Source: an uncultured delta proteobacterium (GTDB taxonomy: Bacteria; Desulfobacterota; Desulfuromonadia; Desulfuromonadales; JACZKF01). Taken from it: a DNA stretch of 64,000 nucleotides. The stretch spans positions 224,001-288,000 of the forward strand of contig CAWFKQ010000016.1 of the NCBI GenBank assembly GCA_963816395.1, written 5' to 3'. Shown in pieces: positions 54,229 to 64,000 of the stretch; positions within the stretch are counted from its first letter, which is position 1; each line of letters begins with the position of its first letter. The position numbers and the translations under genes are program-made. A model generated the notes under the pieces. It saw nothing but the letters and a program-made list of their open reading frames with translations. It was not told the DNA's origin and ran no database searches.

Positions 54229-56304
54229 ATGAAGCACGATGCTCTGAGCGAACAGCGACCGCGGCCGCCTGCGCGGCTTGGCCCGGGGGCTGGCCACGGG
54301 CCAGGCGCCCCGATCTGGAGCAGCTCTCGCCCGCCGGAGATCGAGGCGCTCCTGCACGAGTTCGGCGTCTACCAGATCGAGCTGGAGACGCAGAACGAGG
54401 AGCTGCGGGAGACCCGGCTGGCGCTGGAGGCCGCCCGCGACCGCTACCGCGAGCTGTACGACTTCGCCCCGGTCGGCTATTTTACCTTCAGCGGCGAGGG
54501 GATGATCATCGAGGCGAACCTCGCCGCCGGCAAGCTGCTGGAGGTTGAGCGCCGCGCCCTGGCCGGGCAGTTCTTTTCCACCTTTCTCGCCCCGGCGGCG
54601 GTGGATGACTTCCTCGGCCATCTGCAGCCAGGTGCTCGAAAATCGGCCAGCAGCCGCACCAGGCCGAGATCCGCCTGGCCGACGGGCGTCTCCTGCAATT
54701 CACCAGCCTCGCCGCCGAGACTGCCGGCGGCAGCGACCTCTGCCGCAGCGCCGCCCTCGACATCACCGCCCGGCGGCGGGCGGAGGAGGCGCGGCGCCGC
54801 AGCGAAGCGCGCTTCCGCACCCTGGCCGAGGCGGCGCCGGTGGGGATCTTCGAGGCGGCTCCGGACGGCCGCTTCACCTATGTCAACCGGCGCTGGGAGG
54901 AGATCTCCGGGCGCAGTTGGCAGCGCAGCCTCGATTTCGGCTGGAACCAGGCGATCCACCCCGAGGACCGCCAGCGGGTCATTCTCCGCTGGGCGCACGG
55001 TTCAGCCGGCGGCTGGGCGGAGGAGTTCCGCCTGCTGCGGCCGGACGGCGCGGTCGCCTGGGTGCGAGTGTTGGTAACCGCCGCCGGCGGCAGCGCGGGA
55101 GGGCAGGGCGGCTTCATCGGCACGGTGGAGGACATCACGGCGCGCCGGGAAGGGGAGGCGGCGCTGCGGCGAGCCAAGGAGGCCGCCGAGGACGCCACCC
55201 GCGCCAAAAGCGAGTTCCTGGCCAACATGAGTCATGAAATCCGCACCCCGATGACCGTGATCCTCGGCGCCCTGGAGCAGCTGCACGAGGGTCCGGAGGA
55301 CGCTGCGGGAAAAATTGCTGGCGATGGCCGAAAGTTCGGCCGAGCGCCTGCTGGCGCTGATCGAGGACATCCTCGATTTTTCCAAGATCGAGGCGCGCAA
55401 GGTGGAGATCCGGCACGAGCCGTTCGATCTGCGGGGCTGGGTGGAAAAAGCCGTCGCCATGTTCCGCCTGCAGGCGCAGCAGAAGGGGCTCGATCTGCGG
55501 GTCGAAATCGATCCGGAGGTCCCGGAAACCATCGTCGGCGATCCCGACCGCCTGGCGCAGGTGCTGACCAATCTGATCGGCAACGCCGTCAAGTTCACCG
55601 ACAGCGGCGGGGTGACGGTGCGCGTCCGGGCGGGCAGCGGCGCCCTGGAAATCGCCGTGGCCGACACCGGCATGGGCATCCCCGCCGACCGCCGCGACCG
55701 GCTTTTTCACAGCTTCAGCCAGGTGGACGCTTCGCACACCCGCCGCTTCGGCGGCACCGGCCTGGGGCTGGCGATCAGCAAGGGGCTGGTGGAGCTGATG
55801 GGGGGGGAAATCGGGGTGGAGAGCGAGGAGGGGCGGGGGAGCGTCTTCTCTTTCAGCCTGCCCCTGGCCGTGCCGCTGCCGGCGGCGAACGGCTCCCCGG
55901 AGAGCGGAACGGTGCGGCCGGGCGGCCATGACGGTGGGCGAATCCTGCTCGCCGAGGACGATCCGATGGTGAGCGAGCTCATCAGCCTGATCCTGCGCAA
56001 AAGAGGGTGGGAAGTGGAGACCGCGGCCTGCGGCCGCCAGGTGCTGGAACGCTGGGAGGAGGGAGGCTTTGACCTGGTGCTGATGGATGTGCAGATGCCG
56101 ACCATGGACGGCTTCCAGGCGACTCGGATCATCCGGGAGCGCGAGCCGGCGGGGCAGCACGTGCCGATCATCGCCCTGACCGCCCACGCCCGCCGCGAGA
56201 ACCAGGAGCAATGCCTGGCCGCCGGCATGGACGGCTGGCTGACCAAACCGGTTTCCATGCACCAGCTCTACGCCGCGGTGGAGGAGCAGCTCGGGAGGCG
56301 GTGA
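54229..56304 (+). CDS. PAS hybrid histidine kinase / response regulator, split by indels
   Basis: [43 protein letters not shown] receiver. Confidence 0.9.
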
Positions 56305-56315
56305 GTTGAGCTTTT

Positions 56316-56430
56316 CCACGCAGCGACGCGACGGCGCAACGAAGGGCCAAACCCCACGGCTCATCTTACGATAGAATAAAAGATAAGAATTTTCTTCAGA
56401 TCTCACGCCGCGCGTTGCGTGTCGCGTGGA
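56316..56430. repeat. CGCAACG-type inverted-repeat element
   Basis: CCACGCAGCGACGCGACGGCGCAACG ... CGTTGCGTGTCGCGTGG around an AT-rich spacer. Confidence 0.6.
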
Positions 56431-56532
56431 GCCGCTTCCCGTTTTTTCCTTCCCCCTAAACCCTCCATCAGAAACTCCCCTGCATGCGATAGAATGAAGG
56501 CGAGGGAACAACCTGCCGCAAGGGGAATCCTG

Positions 56533-57530
56533 ATGGCGGAACTGAAGCGTGACATCATCGTCGCCGGCGCTTCCATGGGCGGCGTGGAAAGTTTCAGAAA
56601 ACTGGCCGGGCAGCTGCCGGCCCATTTCCCCGGGACGGTGTTCCTCGTCCTGCATACTTCTCCCGAAGGCCCGGGCCGGCTCCCGGCAATTCTGGCGCGC
56701 GCCGGTCCCCTGCCGGCGGCCAGGGCCGAGCACGACCGTCCTTATCAGCCCGGCCACATCTATGTCGCCCCGCCCGACCGGCATCTGCTCCTGCGCGACG
56801 GGCGGATGCTCCTTTCCCGGGGACCGAAGGAAAACCGCACCCGCCCGGCCATCGATCCCCTCTTCCGCTCGGCCGCCGTCGCCTGCGGTTCGCGGGTGGT
56901 CGGGGTCCTCCTTTCCGGTTACCTGGACGACGGTGTGGCCGGGCTGGCGGCGATCAAGCGCTGCGGCGGGGTAGCGGTGGTGCAGGACCCGGACGATACC
57001 CTTTACCCGGACATGCCGCGCAACGCCCTGCGGGCCCTTGCCGTCGACCATTGCCTGCCGCTGGCGGGAATGGGGCAACCTGCTGCAGGGGCTGGTCCGG
57101 CAGGCGGCTCCGCTGCCCCCACCTGCCCCCGAGGACCTGCGGCGTGAAGTGGCTATCAGCGAGGAACTCATGAGCGAAATTTCCGAAAGCCGGCACCTCG
57201 GAGCGCCCACCGCCCTTGCCTGCCCCGATTGCGGCGGCCCCTTGTGGCAGGTCCCGAGACCGGGCGGTGACCCGCTTCCGCTGCAGCGTCGGGCATGGTT
57301 TTACCGCCGCCAGCCTCCTCGAAAGTCAGGAGGAGGCGGTGGAGAAAGCCTTGTGGATCGCCCTGCGCACGCTGGAGGAGCGCTCCCGGATGCTGCGCCA
57401 GATGGACGAGGAGGCCCGCCGCCGCGGCGCGACCCATGACCTCTTCGAAAAAGGAGCGGCGGAGAATCTCGCCCATGCCGAGCAGATCCGCGGCCTGCTG
57501 ATGAGCCTCGACAGGGTCGATAAAACGTGA
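56533..57530 (+). CDS. cheB: Stand-alone CheB methylesterase-domain protein with CPxCGG C-terminal domain
   Basis: GASMGG, VLH, RPAIDPLFRS, SGYLDDG, CPDCGG...CSVGH; no receiver domain. Confidence 0.85.
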
Positions 57531-57703
57531 GCGGGAAGGACATGCGCCAGGTGGCCGGCGAAAAGGGAAATGACGCCGATTGCGGCAAAGGGTTAGAATC
57601 TCCTTTTATTTGCCCATCAGGTCTGTTAAAAGAGTAAATTCGGTTTTTCTCATCAAATGAGCAAGGAAGTTGTTTTCGCCGCCACGGGCGATCCTTTGTC
57701 GAA

Positions 57704-59271
57704 ATGAACAAGCAGAAAAATACCGATCTCCTGGAAAGCCGGGTTCTCGTCCTGGCGCCGGCCGCCCGGGATGCCCGGCTGAGCCGGCGGATTCTGGCCG
57801 AGGCCGGTCTGGAGGGAGTAGGTTTGCCAGAACCTGGAGGCCCTCTGCAGCGAGATCCGCGCCGGGGCCGGGGTGGTGGTGCTGATCGAAAAGGCCGCAT
57901 CCGGCGACGAAATCGGGATACTGGCCGATCAGTTGCGGGAGCAGCCCGCCTGGTCCGACCTGCCGATCATCCTCATGGCGCGCGGGGTGTTCGCCTCGCA
58001 ATCGGCCGCCATCGCCCTGGAGGCGCTGGGAAATGTGGTGCTGCTGGCGCGGCCGGTGCGGGTGGCTACCCTGATCAGCACGGTGCGCACCGCCCTGCGC
58101 GCCCGTGCCCGGCAGTACCAGATGCGGCGGCAGCTGGCGGAGCGGGAGCAGCAGGAGAAGGCGCTGGCCAGGAGCGAGGAGCGGCTGCGCCTGGCGACCT
58201 CGGCGGCCGGCATCGGCATCTGGCAGTGGGATCTGTTAACCGACCGGCAGGAATGGGACGGGCAGTGCAAGGCACTTGTTCGGCTTGCCGCCGGAGGCCG
58301 AGGTCTCCTTCGAGCGCTGGCGCGATCTGCTGCACCCGGAGGACCGGCCGCGCCTGCTGGCGGCGGTTCCGCAGTTCATCGAAGAAGGCGGCGAGCAGAA
58401 GGAGGAGTACCGGGTGCTGCGGCCCGACGGCAGCGTGCGCTGGCTGCTGGTGCGCGGAGCGGTCACTCGGGATGCTGCCGGCCGGCCGGTGCAGATGGTC
58501 GGCATCGCCATGGACATCACCGAGCGCCGGACGATGGAGGAAGCGCTGCGCCGGGCCAAGGTGGCGGCCGATGCCGCCAACCGGGCGAAAAGCGAGTTTC
58601 TGGCCAACATGAGCCATGAGATCCGCACCCCCCTCACGGTGACCATGGGCACTATCGAACTCCTGCAGGACACCGTTCTGAACGAGGAGCAGCGCCACTA
58701 CCTGGAAATGGCCCAGTCGGCCTCCGAAAACCTGCTGCGCCTGATCGAGGATCTGCTGGATTTCTCCCGGCTCGAGGCCGGACGGATGGCCTTCCGGCAA
58801 GAGCCCTTCGACGTGCGGGGCTGTGTGCAGACTACCGTTCAGGCATTCAGCCCGGAGGCGCAGCGCAAAGGACTCCGCCTCGCCCTGGAGATCGACCCGG
58901 GGGTGCCCGGCATTCTCGTCGGCGATGCGGATCGCCTGCGCCAGGTGCTGTTCAACCTGGTGGATAATGCGATCAAGTTCACTGAGCGGGGGGAAGTGAC
59001 GGTGACGGTAGGCCCTGATCCGGAAATCCGGCGCCACCTGGTCTTCACGGTCTGGGATACCGGCATCGGCATTCCGGGGGAGAAGCTGGAGCTGCTGTTC
59101 CAGGCATTCACGCAGCTCGACAGCTCACCTACCCGCCGCCATGGCGGCACCGGCCTGGGCCTGATTCTCAGCAAGCGCCTGCTGGCACGGATGGGCGGCT
59201 CGATCCGGGTGGAGAGCACCCCGGGACAGGGCAGCCAGTTCTCCTTCTCTCTCCCGCTGCTGGCAGGCTAG
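57704..59271 (+). CDS. PAS sensor histidine kinase, split by indels
   Basis: Receiver-like N-terminus, [31 protein letters not shown]. Confidence 0.9.
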
Positions 59272-60248
59272 GGCCCTGGGATCAGCCGTTGAAAATCACC
59301 GGCGGTGAGTGAGCTTTGCCAATGGCCGCCGAGCATGCCGGCGCCGACGCCGGCGGCGAACAGCAGCAGCACCAGGGCGGCGAAACCCCACCAGGGAAAG
59401 GCCCGGCCCGGCAGAGGGGAGATCTGCAGCGCCCCCTGCGGACAGCTTTCGAGGCAGGTCAGACAGGCGGTGCACTCGGCGGAGCGCACCGCCTGCCGTT
59501 TCCCTACCGGCAGGCGGGCCGGGCACGCCCGCTCGCAGGCGCCGCAACCGGCGCAGGTCTCCTGCGAGCGGCGAATGCGAAAGGGGCTGAACAGGGCCAG
59601 TAAGCCCAGCAAGGCCCCGTAAGGGCAAAGATAACGGCACCAGGCATGGCGATAGAGGAGGGAGAGGGCTGCCAGGGTGGCGAGCACCACCAGGGTGGCG
59701 GCGGACATGCGGGTGAAGAAGTGCAGCATCTTCACGTCGCTCACCGCCCAATAGGGGGAGTCGAGGAAGCCGCCGAGAGCCGCAGCCGGCATGTCGAGCC
59801 CGATGCTTTTGACAAAGAACAGGAGCAGCAGGTACTTGATCCCCCGCAGCACCAGGTCGAGCCATCGCCAGGGGTGAAAGTTGCGGCCGAACAGCCGCCG
59901 GCCGAGCTTTCCCAGGGCCTCGGAAAGCGTTCCCACCGGACACAGCCAGGCGCAGAAGGATTTGCGCGCCAGCAGGCACATTCCCAGAAAAGTCAGGAAC
60001 AGAACGAGAGCCGCCGGATGGACCGGGTGGACGGTTCCGGAAGTGATCCAGTAGCGCAGGCTCACCAGGGCGCCGATGGGGAGAAACCCTTCCACCCCCG
60101 GCGGCCGCACGTAGGCCGGGCCGCCGACTTCGAAATGGCGGACGAAGAGCGCGAACTGCACGCCGAGAAAAACGGTCCAGAGGAAAAAGAGCCACTGTAC
60201 CAGGGCGCGCCAGAAACCGGGGCGCTGTGCCCAATGCCGTTGTCGCAT
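59268..60248 (-). CDS. Membrane 4Fe-4S binding protein (NapH/MauN-like polyferredoxin)
   Basis: CAWLCP, CRYLCP, CAGCGACERACP, CTACLTCLESCP. Confidence 0.9.
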   Translation of the reverse strand: MRQRHWAQRPGFWRALVQWLFFLWTVFLGVQFALFVRHFEVGGPAYVRPPGVEGFLPIGALVSLRYWITSGTVHPVHPAALVLFLTFLGMCLLARKSFCAWLCPVGTLSEALGKLGRRLFGRNFHPWRWLDLVLRGIKYLLLLFFVKSIGLDMPAAALGGFLDSPYWAVSDVKMLHFFTRMSAATLVVLATLAALSLLYRHAWCRYLCPYGALLGLLALFSPFRIRRSQETCAGCGACERACPARLPVGKRQAVRSAECTACLTCLESCPQGALQISPLPGRAFPWWGFAALVLLLFAAGVGAGMLGGHWQSSLTAGDFQRLIPGP

Positions 60249-60351
60249 CGTCGAAATCCCAGGCTGGAGAAAAAATGCGGCGCGGAAAACTTCCCCCATT
60301 CTCACCGAAAGGCAGCGGCGGGGAATTGACCGTGGTCAAGGACGGCGATGC

Positions 60352-60419
60352 AGATTATCCGAGGGTGCGGAAAATGTCAAAGGAAGGGCAATTGCAAAGA
60401 GCGGCGGAACCGATAAAAT
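60352..60419. promoter_or_regulatory. Back-to-back divergent sigma70 promoters
   Basis: Minus: TTGACA-17-TAATCT (60380-60352); plus: TTGCAA-16-TAAAAT (60392-60419). Confidence 0.55.
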
Positions 60420-60427
60420 TAAACTTC

Positions 60428-62058
60428 ATGAAATTCCACTTCGCCCGCCGTCGAGAGCCGTGCCGCAACCCTCGGCCGCCTGACCGCCCGGCGTCATGAC
60501 GTGCTGATCATCGGCGGCGGCATCAACGGCGCCGGACTGGCCCGGGATCTGGCGCTGCGCGGTCTGGACGTCGTCCTGGCGGAGATGGGGGATTTCGCCT
60601 CCGGCACGTCCAGCGCCTCCACCAAGCTGATCCATGGCGGTCTGCGCTACCTGGAAAATCTCGACTTCCGGCTGGTTTTCGAGGCGTGCCGGGAACGGCG
60701 CATTCTGCAGCGGATCGCCCCGCATCTGGTGCATCCCCTGCCGTTTCTGATACCGGTCTACCGGCATGACCCGCATTCCCTGCTGCAGGTGCGGGCCGGT
60801 CTCACCTTGTACGATCTGCTGGCGCTCTTCCGCAATGCCGGCCGGCACCAGATCCTCTCCGGCCGCCGGGCGACCGACCGGGAACCCCTCCTGAAGCCGG
60901 AAGGGCTGCGCGGCGCCGCCCTCTACTGGGACTGCCGGATGGATGACGCCCGCCTCTGCCTGGAGAATATCCTGGCGGCCCGCGAGGCCGGCGCCGAAAC
61001 GGTCAACTATCTGCAGGCGGTGGAGTTGCTGAAGGTGGCCGGCAGGGTGGCCGGCGCCCGCCTGCGCGACCGGGAATCGGGGGAGGAATTCGCGGTGGAG
61101 GCCCGGGTGGTGGTCAACGCCGCCGGCCCCTGGCTCGACCGGGTGTGCGCTCTCGACGGGGAAAACGAACCGAAGCTGCGGCCGACCCGCGGCAGCCACA
61201 TCCTGATTCCCCGCATCAATCGCGGCGAGGAGGCCGTTTACCTGACGGCCGGCCGGGACGACCGGCTCTTCTTCGTCATTCCCTGGGGCGATCTTTCCCT
61301 GGTGGGGACCACTGATGACGATTACCGGGGCGATCCCGGCGCTGTTCGGGCCACGGCCGAAGATATCGATTACCTGCTGGACGAAACCGCTCGCCATCTG
61401 CAGGGCGTTTCGCCCGGACGCGATCAGGTGGTGGCGGATTTCGCCGGGGTGCGGCCGCTGGTGGCGGAGGCGGGGGTGAAGACTTCCCGGGTCTCTCGCG
61501 AGCACCGGCTCTTCAGTCTCTGCCTCCGGGCTGATTTCGATCGCCGGCGGCAAGTACACCACCTTCCGGGTGGTGGCCGCCGAGGCGGCCCGTCTGGTGG
61601 CCGGAGAACTGGGGCGCGGCCATGGCCGGTCTCTGACCGCCCGTATCCCCCTGCCCGGCGGGGCGACGGGAGATTTCGCCGCTTTCCGTCGCCGCCAGGC
61701 TCCCCTCCTCGCCGACCGCTGCGGTCTCGGCCGGCCGCAGGTGGAGTTGCTGCTGGGGCGTTACGGCGCCCGCACGCCCCGCCTGCTGGCCTTGCTGGAG
61801 AAGGAGCCGGAGCTGGCCCGGCCGGTGGTGACGGGATCGCCGCTGCTGGCGGCGGAGGTGGTTTACGCCGTCGACTGCGAACTGGCCCGCACCCCCGAAG
61901 ACGTGCTGCGCCGGCGCACGCCGCTGGCCCTGGGCCGGGGGCGCGGGTTAGCGGAACTGGCGGCGGTGATCGATCTGCTCGGCGACCGCCTGGGAACCCC
62001 GGTCGCCCGCCGGGAGCAATGGCGGAACGAATATCGGACAAACTACTCCACACCTTGA
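60428..62058 (+). CDS. glpD: FAD-dependent glycerol-3-phosphate dehydrogenase/oxidase, split by indels
   Basis: IIGGGINGAG, SGTSSASTKLIHGGLRYL, DDARL, GVRPL, DVLRRRT. Confidence 0.9.
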
Positions 62059-62071
62059 AAGGATGCGCCCG

Positions 62072-63563
62072 ATGGAGATCAAGGTAAAAAAAGGGGATCC
62101 CCGCAAGCAGAAAACGCCCTGCCTGGTGCTCGGCGCCCTGGAGGGCAGGTTAAATACCCCCCTGCTGAAAGACATCGATGCCGCCCTCGACGGCGCCCTC
62201 AGCCGGGCTGTCCGGGAGCAGGAATTCTCCGGCAAGACCAAGGAAGTCCTGCTGCTGCACCCGGGCCGGCGCCTGCCGGCCGAGCGGGTGCTGGTGGTCG
62301 GCCTGGGGAAGGAGAAGAAAAACGGTCTGGAGCGCCTGCGGCAGACGGCAGGGACCGCCGCCTCTTTTCTCCAGGGGAAGAAGATTGTCTCCTTCGCCGT
62401 CGATCTCGCCTCCCTGCCCCTGCGGGGGACGGAAGTGCCCGGGGCGGTCCAGGCCCTGATCGAGGGGATCGTTCTCGCCACCTACCGCTTCGACCGCTAC
62501 CGGACGGAAAATCGCGGTGAACTGGCTCCGGAACTCGCCGGGGTGACGCTGCTGACCGAGAAGCAGGCGCAGGTGCGCCAGGCGGAAGCCGGTATCGCCG
62601 CGGCCGACGCGGTTTGTCGCGGGGTGGTGCTGGCCCGCGACCTGGTCAACCAGCCGGGAAATGCCAAGGCTCCGGAATATCTCGCCGAACAGGCGCGAAA
62701 AATTGCCGAAGAGAACGGCCTGCAGTGCACCGTCCTCGAGCGTGCCGACCTCGAGCGCGAGGGGCTGGGCGCACTCCTCGGGGTGGCCCAGGGGAGCGTG
62801 CGCGAGCCCCGCCTGATCGTTCTCGAGTATCGCGGCGGGAGCAGCTGACGCCCAGCCGGTGGCCCTGGTCGGCAAAGGGGTCGTCTTCGACGCCGGCGGC
62901 ATCTCCCTGAAGCCGGCGGAGAAGATGGACGAGATGAAGATGGACATGGCAGGCGGCGCCACGGTGCTGGGGACGCTGCTGGCCGCCGCCCTGCTCAAGT
63001 TGCCGGTCAACCTGGTAGGGATCGTCCCGGCGGTGGAGAATCTCCCCTCCGGCAGCGCCATCCGCCCCGGGGATATTCTGACCTCCCTCTCCGGCCGGAC
63101 CATAGAAGTGCTCAATACCGATGCCGAGGGGCGCCTCATCCTGGCCGATGCCATCACTTACGCCAAGCGCTTCGAGCCGCGCCTGGTGATCGATCTGGCG
63201 ACCCTTACCGGCGCCTGCATCATCGCCCTTGGGCATCACGCAACGGCGGTTCTCGGCAACCACGAGGGCCTCATCCGGCAGTTGATCCGGGCCGGCGAGA
63301 GAACGGGCGAGCGCCTCTGGCAGTTGCCTCTCTGGGAAGAATATGCCTGCCAGCTGAAGAGTGAAGTGGCCGATGTGAAGAATATCGGCGGTCGACCGGG
63401 GGGGACGATCACCGCCGCCGCCTTCCTGCAGAAGTTCGCCGGTGAAACCGTCTGGGCCCATCTCGATATCGCCGGCACCGCCTGGGAGGAAAAGGGACGA
63501 CCCTATACCCCAAAAGGCGGCACGGGAGTGGGGGTGCGACTGCTGATTGATTATTTGCAATAG
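62072..63563 (+). CDS. pepA: Leucyl aminopeptidase (M17), one indel
   Basis: [40 protein letters not shown]. Confidence 0.96.
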
Positions 63564-63669
63564 CGAGTGCAACAGGTTGTAATGGAAACAAAAGTTTATA
63601 ATCCCCCTTGACAACCGGATAAATCCTTGATAAAGGTTATTTAATTAAATACTAATGTGGAGAGAGCCT

Positions 63670-63834
63670 TTGCTCAAGTACTGTGCCTGGTGCGGGAAAT
63701 ACCAGGGCGCCAACAAGGCCAAGGGGTATCAGATTCGGGAAAACATCTGCGAGATCGATACCGCTACCATCTGTCCGGTCTGCCTGGCCCGACTGGTCAA
63801 GGAGCTGCCTGACCAGCAGGCCGCCCGCCTCTGA
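63670..63834 (+). CDS. Small CxxC...CxxC putative zinc-finger protein (54 aa)
   Basis: Manual translation MLKYCAWCGKYQG...TATICPVCLARLVKELPDQQAARL*; GGAGAG RBS; upstream TTGACA at 63608. Confidence 0.7.
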   Translation: MLKYCAWCGKYQGANKAKGYQIRENICEIDTATICPVCLARLVKELPDQQAARL

Positions 63835-64000
63835 GCAGGGACGGGGAGAACAGACGCTCCATTTTTCTGGTCTGGAATATTAAAAAAAATTCAGATTACC
63901 TGTTGATTTTTTTCTCGGAGTCAATACAGTTTAGGGGAGGCAAAGGAATCCCGGTCGACCGGGACCATTCACCAGAGACTTTCGAACAGGAGACGGAGAA

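Noticed and set aside
59268..59271. Convergent genes sharing a CTAG stop overlap as an insertion scar
   Set aside because: No inverted repeats nearby; 4-bp convergent overlaps are common
62840..62860. TGA in pepA as selenocysteine or programmed frameshift
   Set aside because: The downstream half is in a different frame; a single extra base explains it, like other indels here

Overview
GC-rich chromosomal segment of a Desulfuromonadales-like deltaproteobacterium; the taxonomy is inferred from gene content and style, not from a search. It holds a housekeeping block on the minus strand (radical SAM fusion, rng, rplU, rpmA, obgE, proB, proA, nadD, rsfS, rlmH, dksA-like, lapA/B-like, gpmI, comF). 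It also holds metabolic genes (type III PKS, panE, carbonic anhydrase, lysA, arsS-like radical SAM, glpD, pepA), three MFS transporters and two clusters of PAS histidine kinases plus CheB/CheR proteins. A further operon reads MCP, MBL hydrolase, TIGR04442-like protein, EF-G paralog. Many genes, including essential ones, are broken by 1-bp indels. These look like uncorrected long-read errors, so boundaries of split genes are reconstructed and approximate. No rRNA, tRNA, CRISPR array, transposase or integrase was found. The most notable non-obvious features are: a 165-bp MITE at the EF-G paralog stop codon; several families of intergenic heptamer/octamer inverted-repeat elements; a duplicated kinase 3' end flanking a two-gene insert; two candidate microproteins; hidden gene remnants (cupin, cysteine desulfurase); and an EF-G paralog with altered domain IV tips co-transcribed with genes of unknown function.
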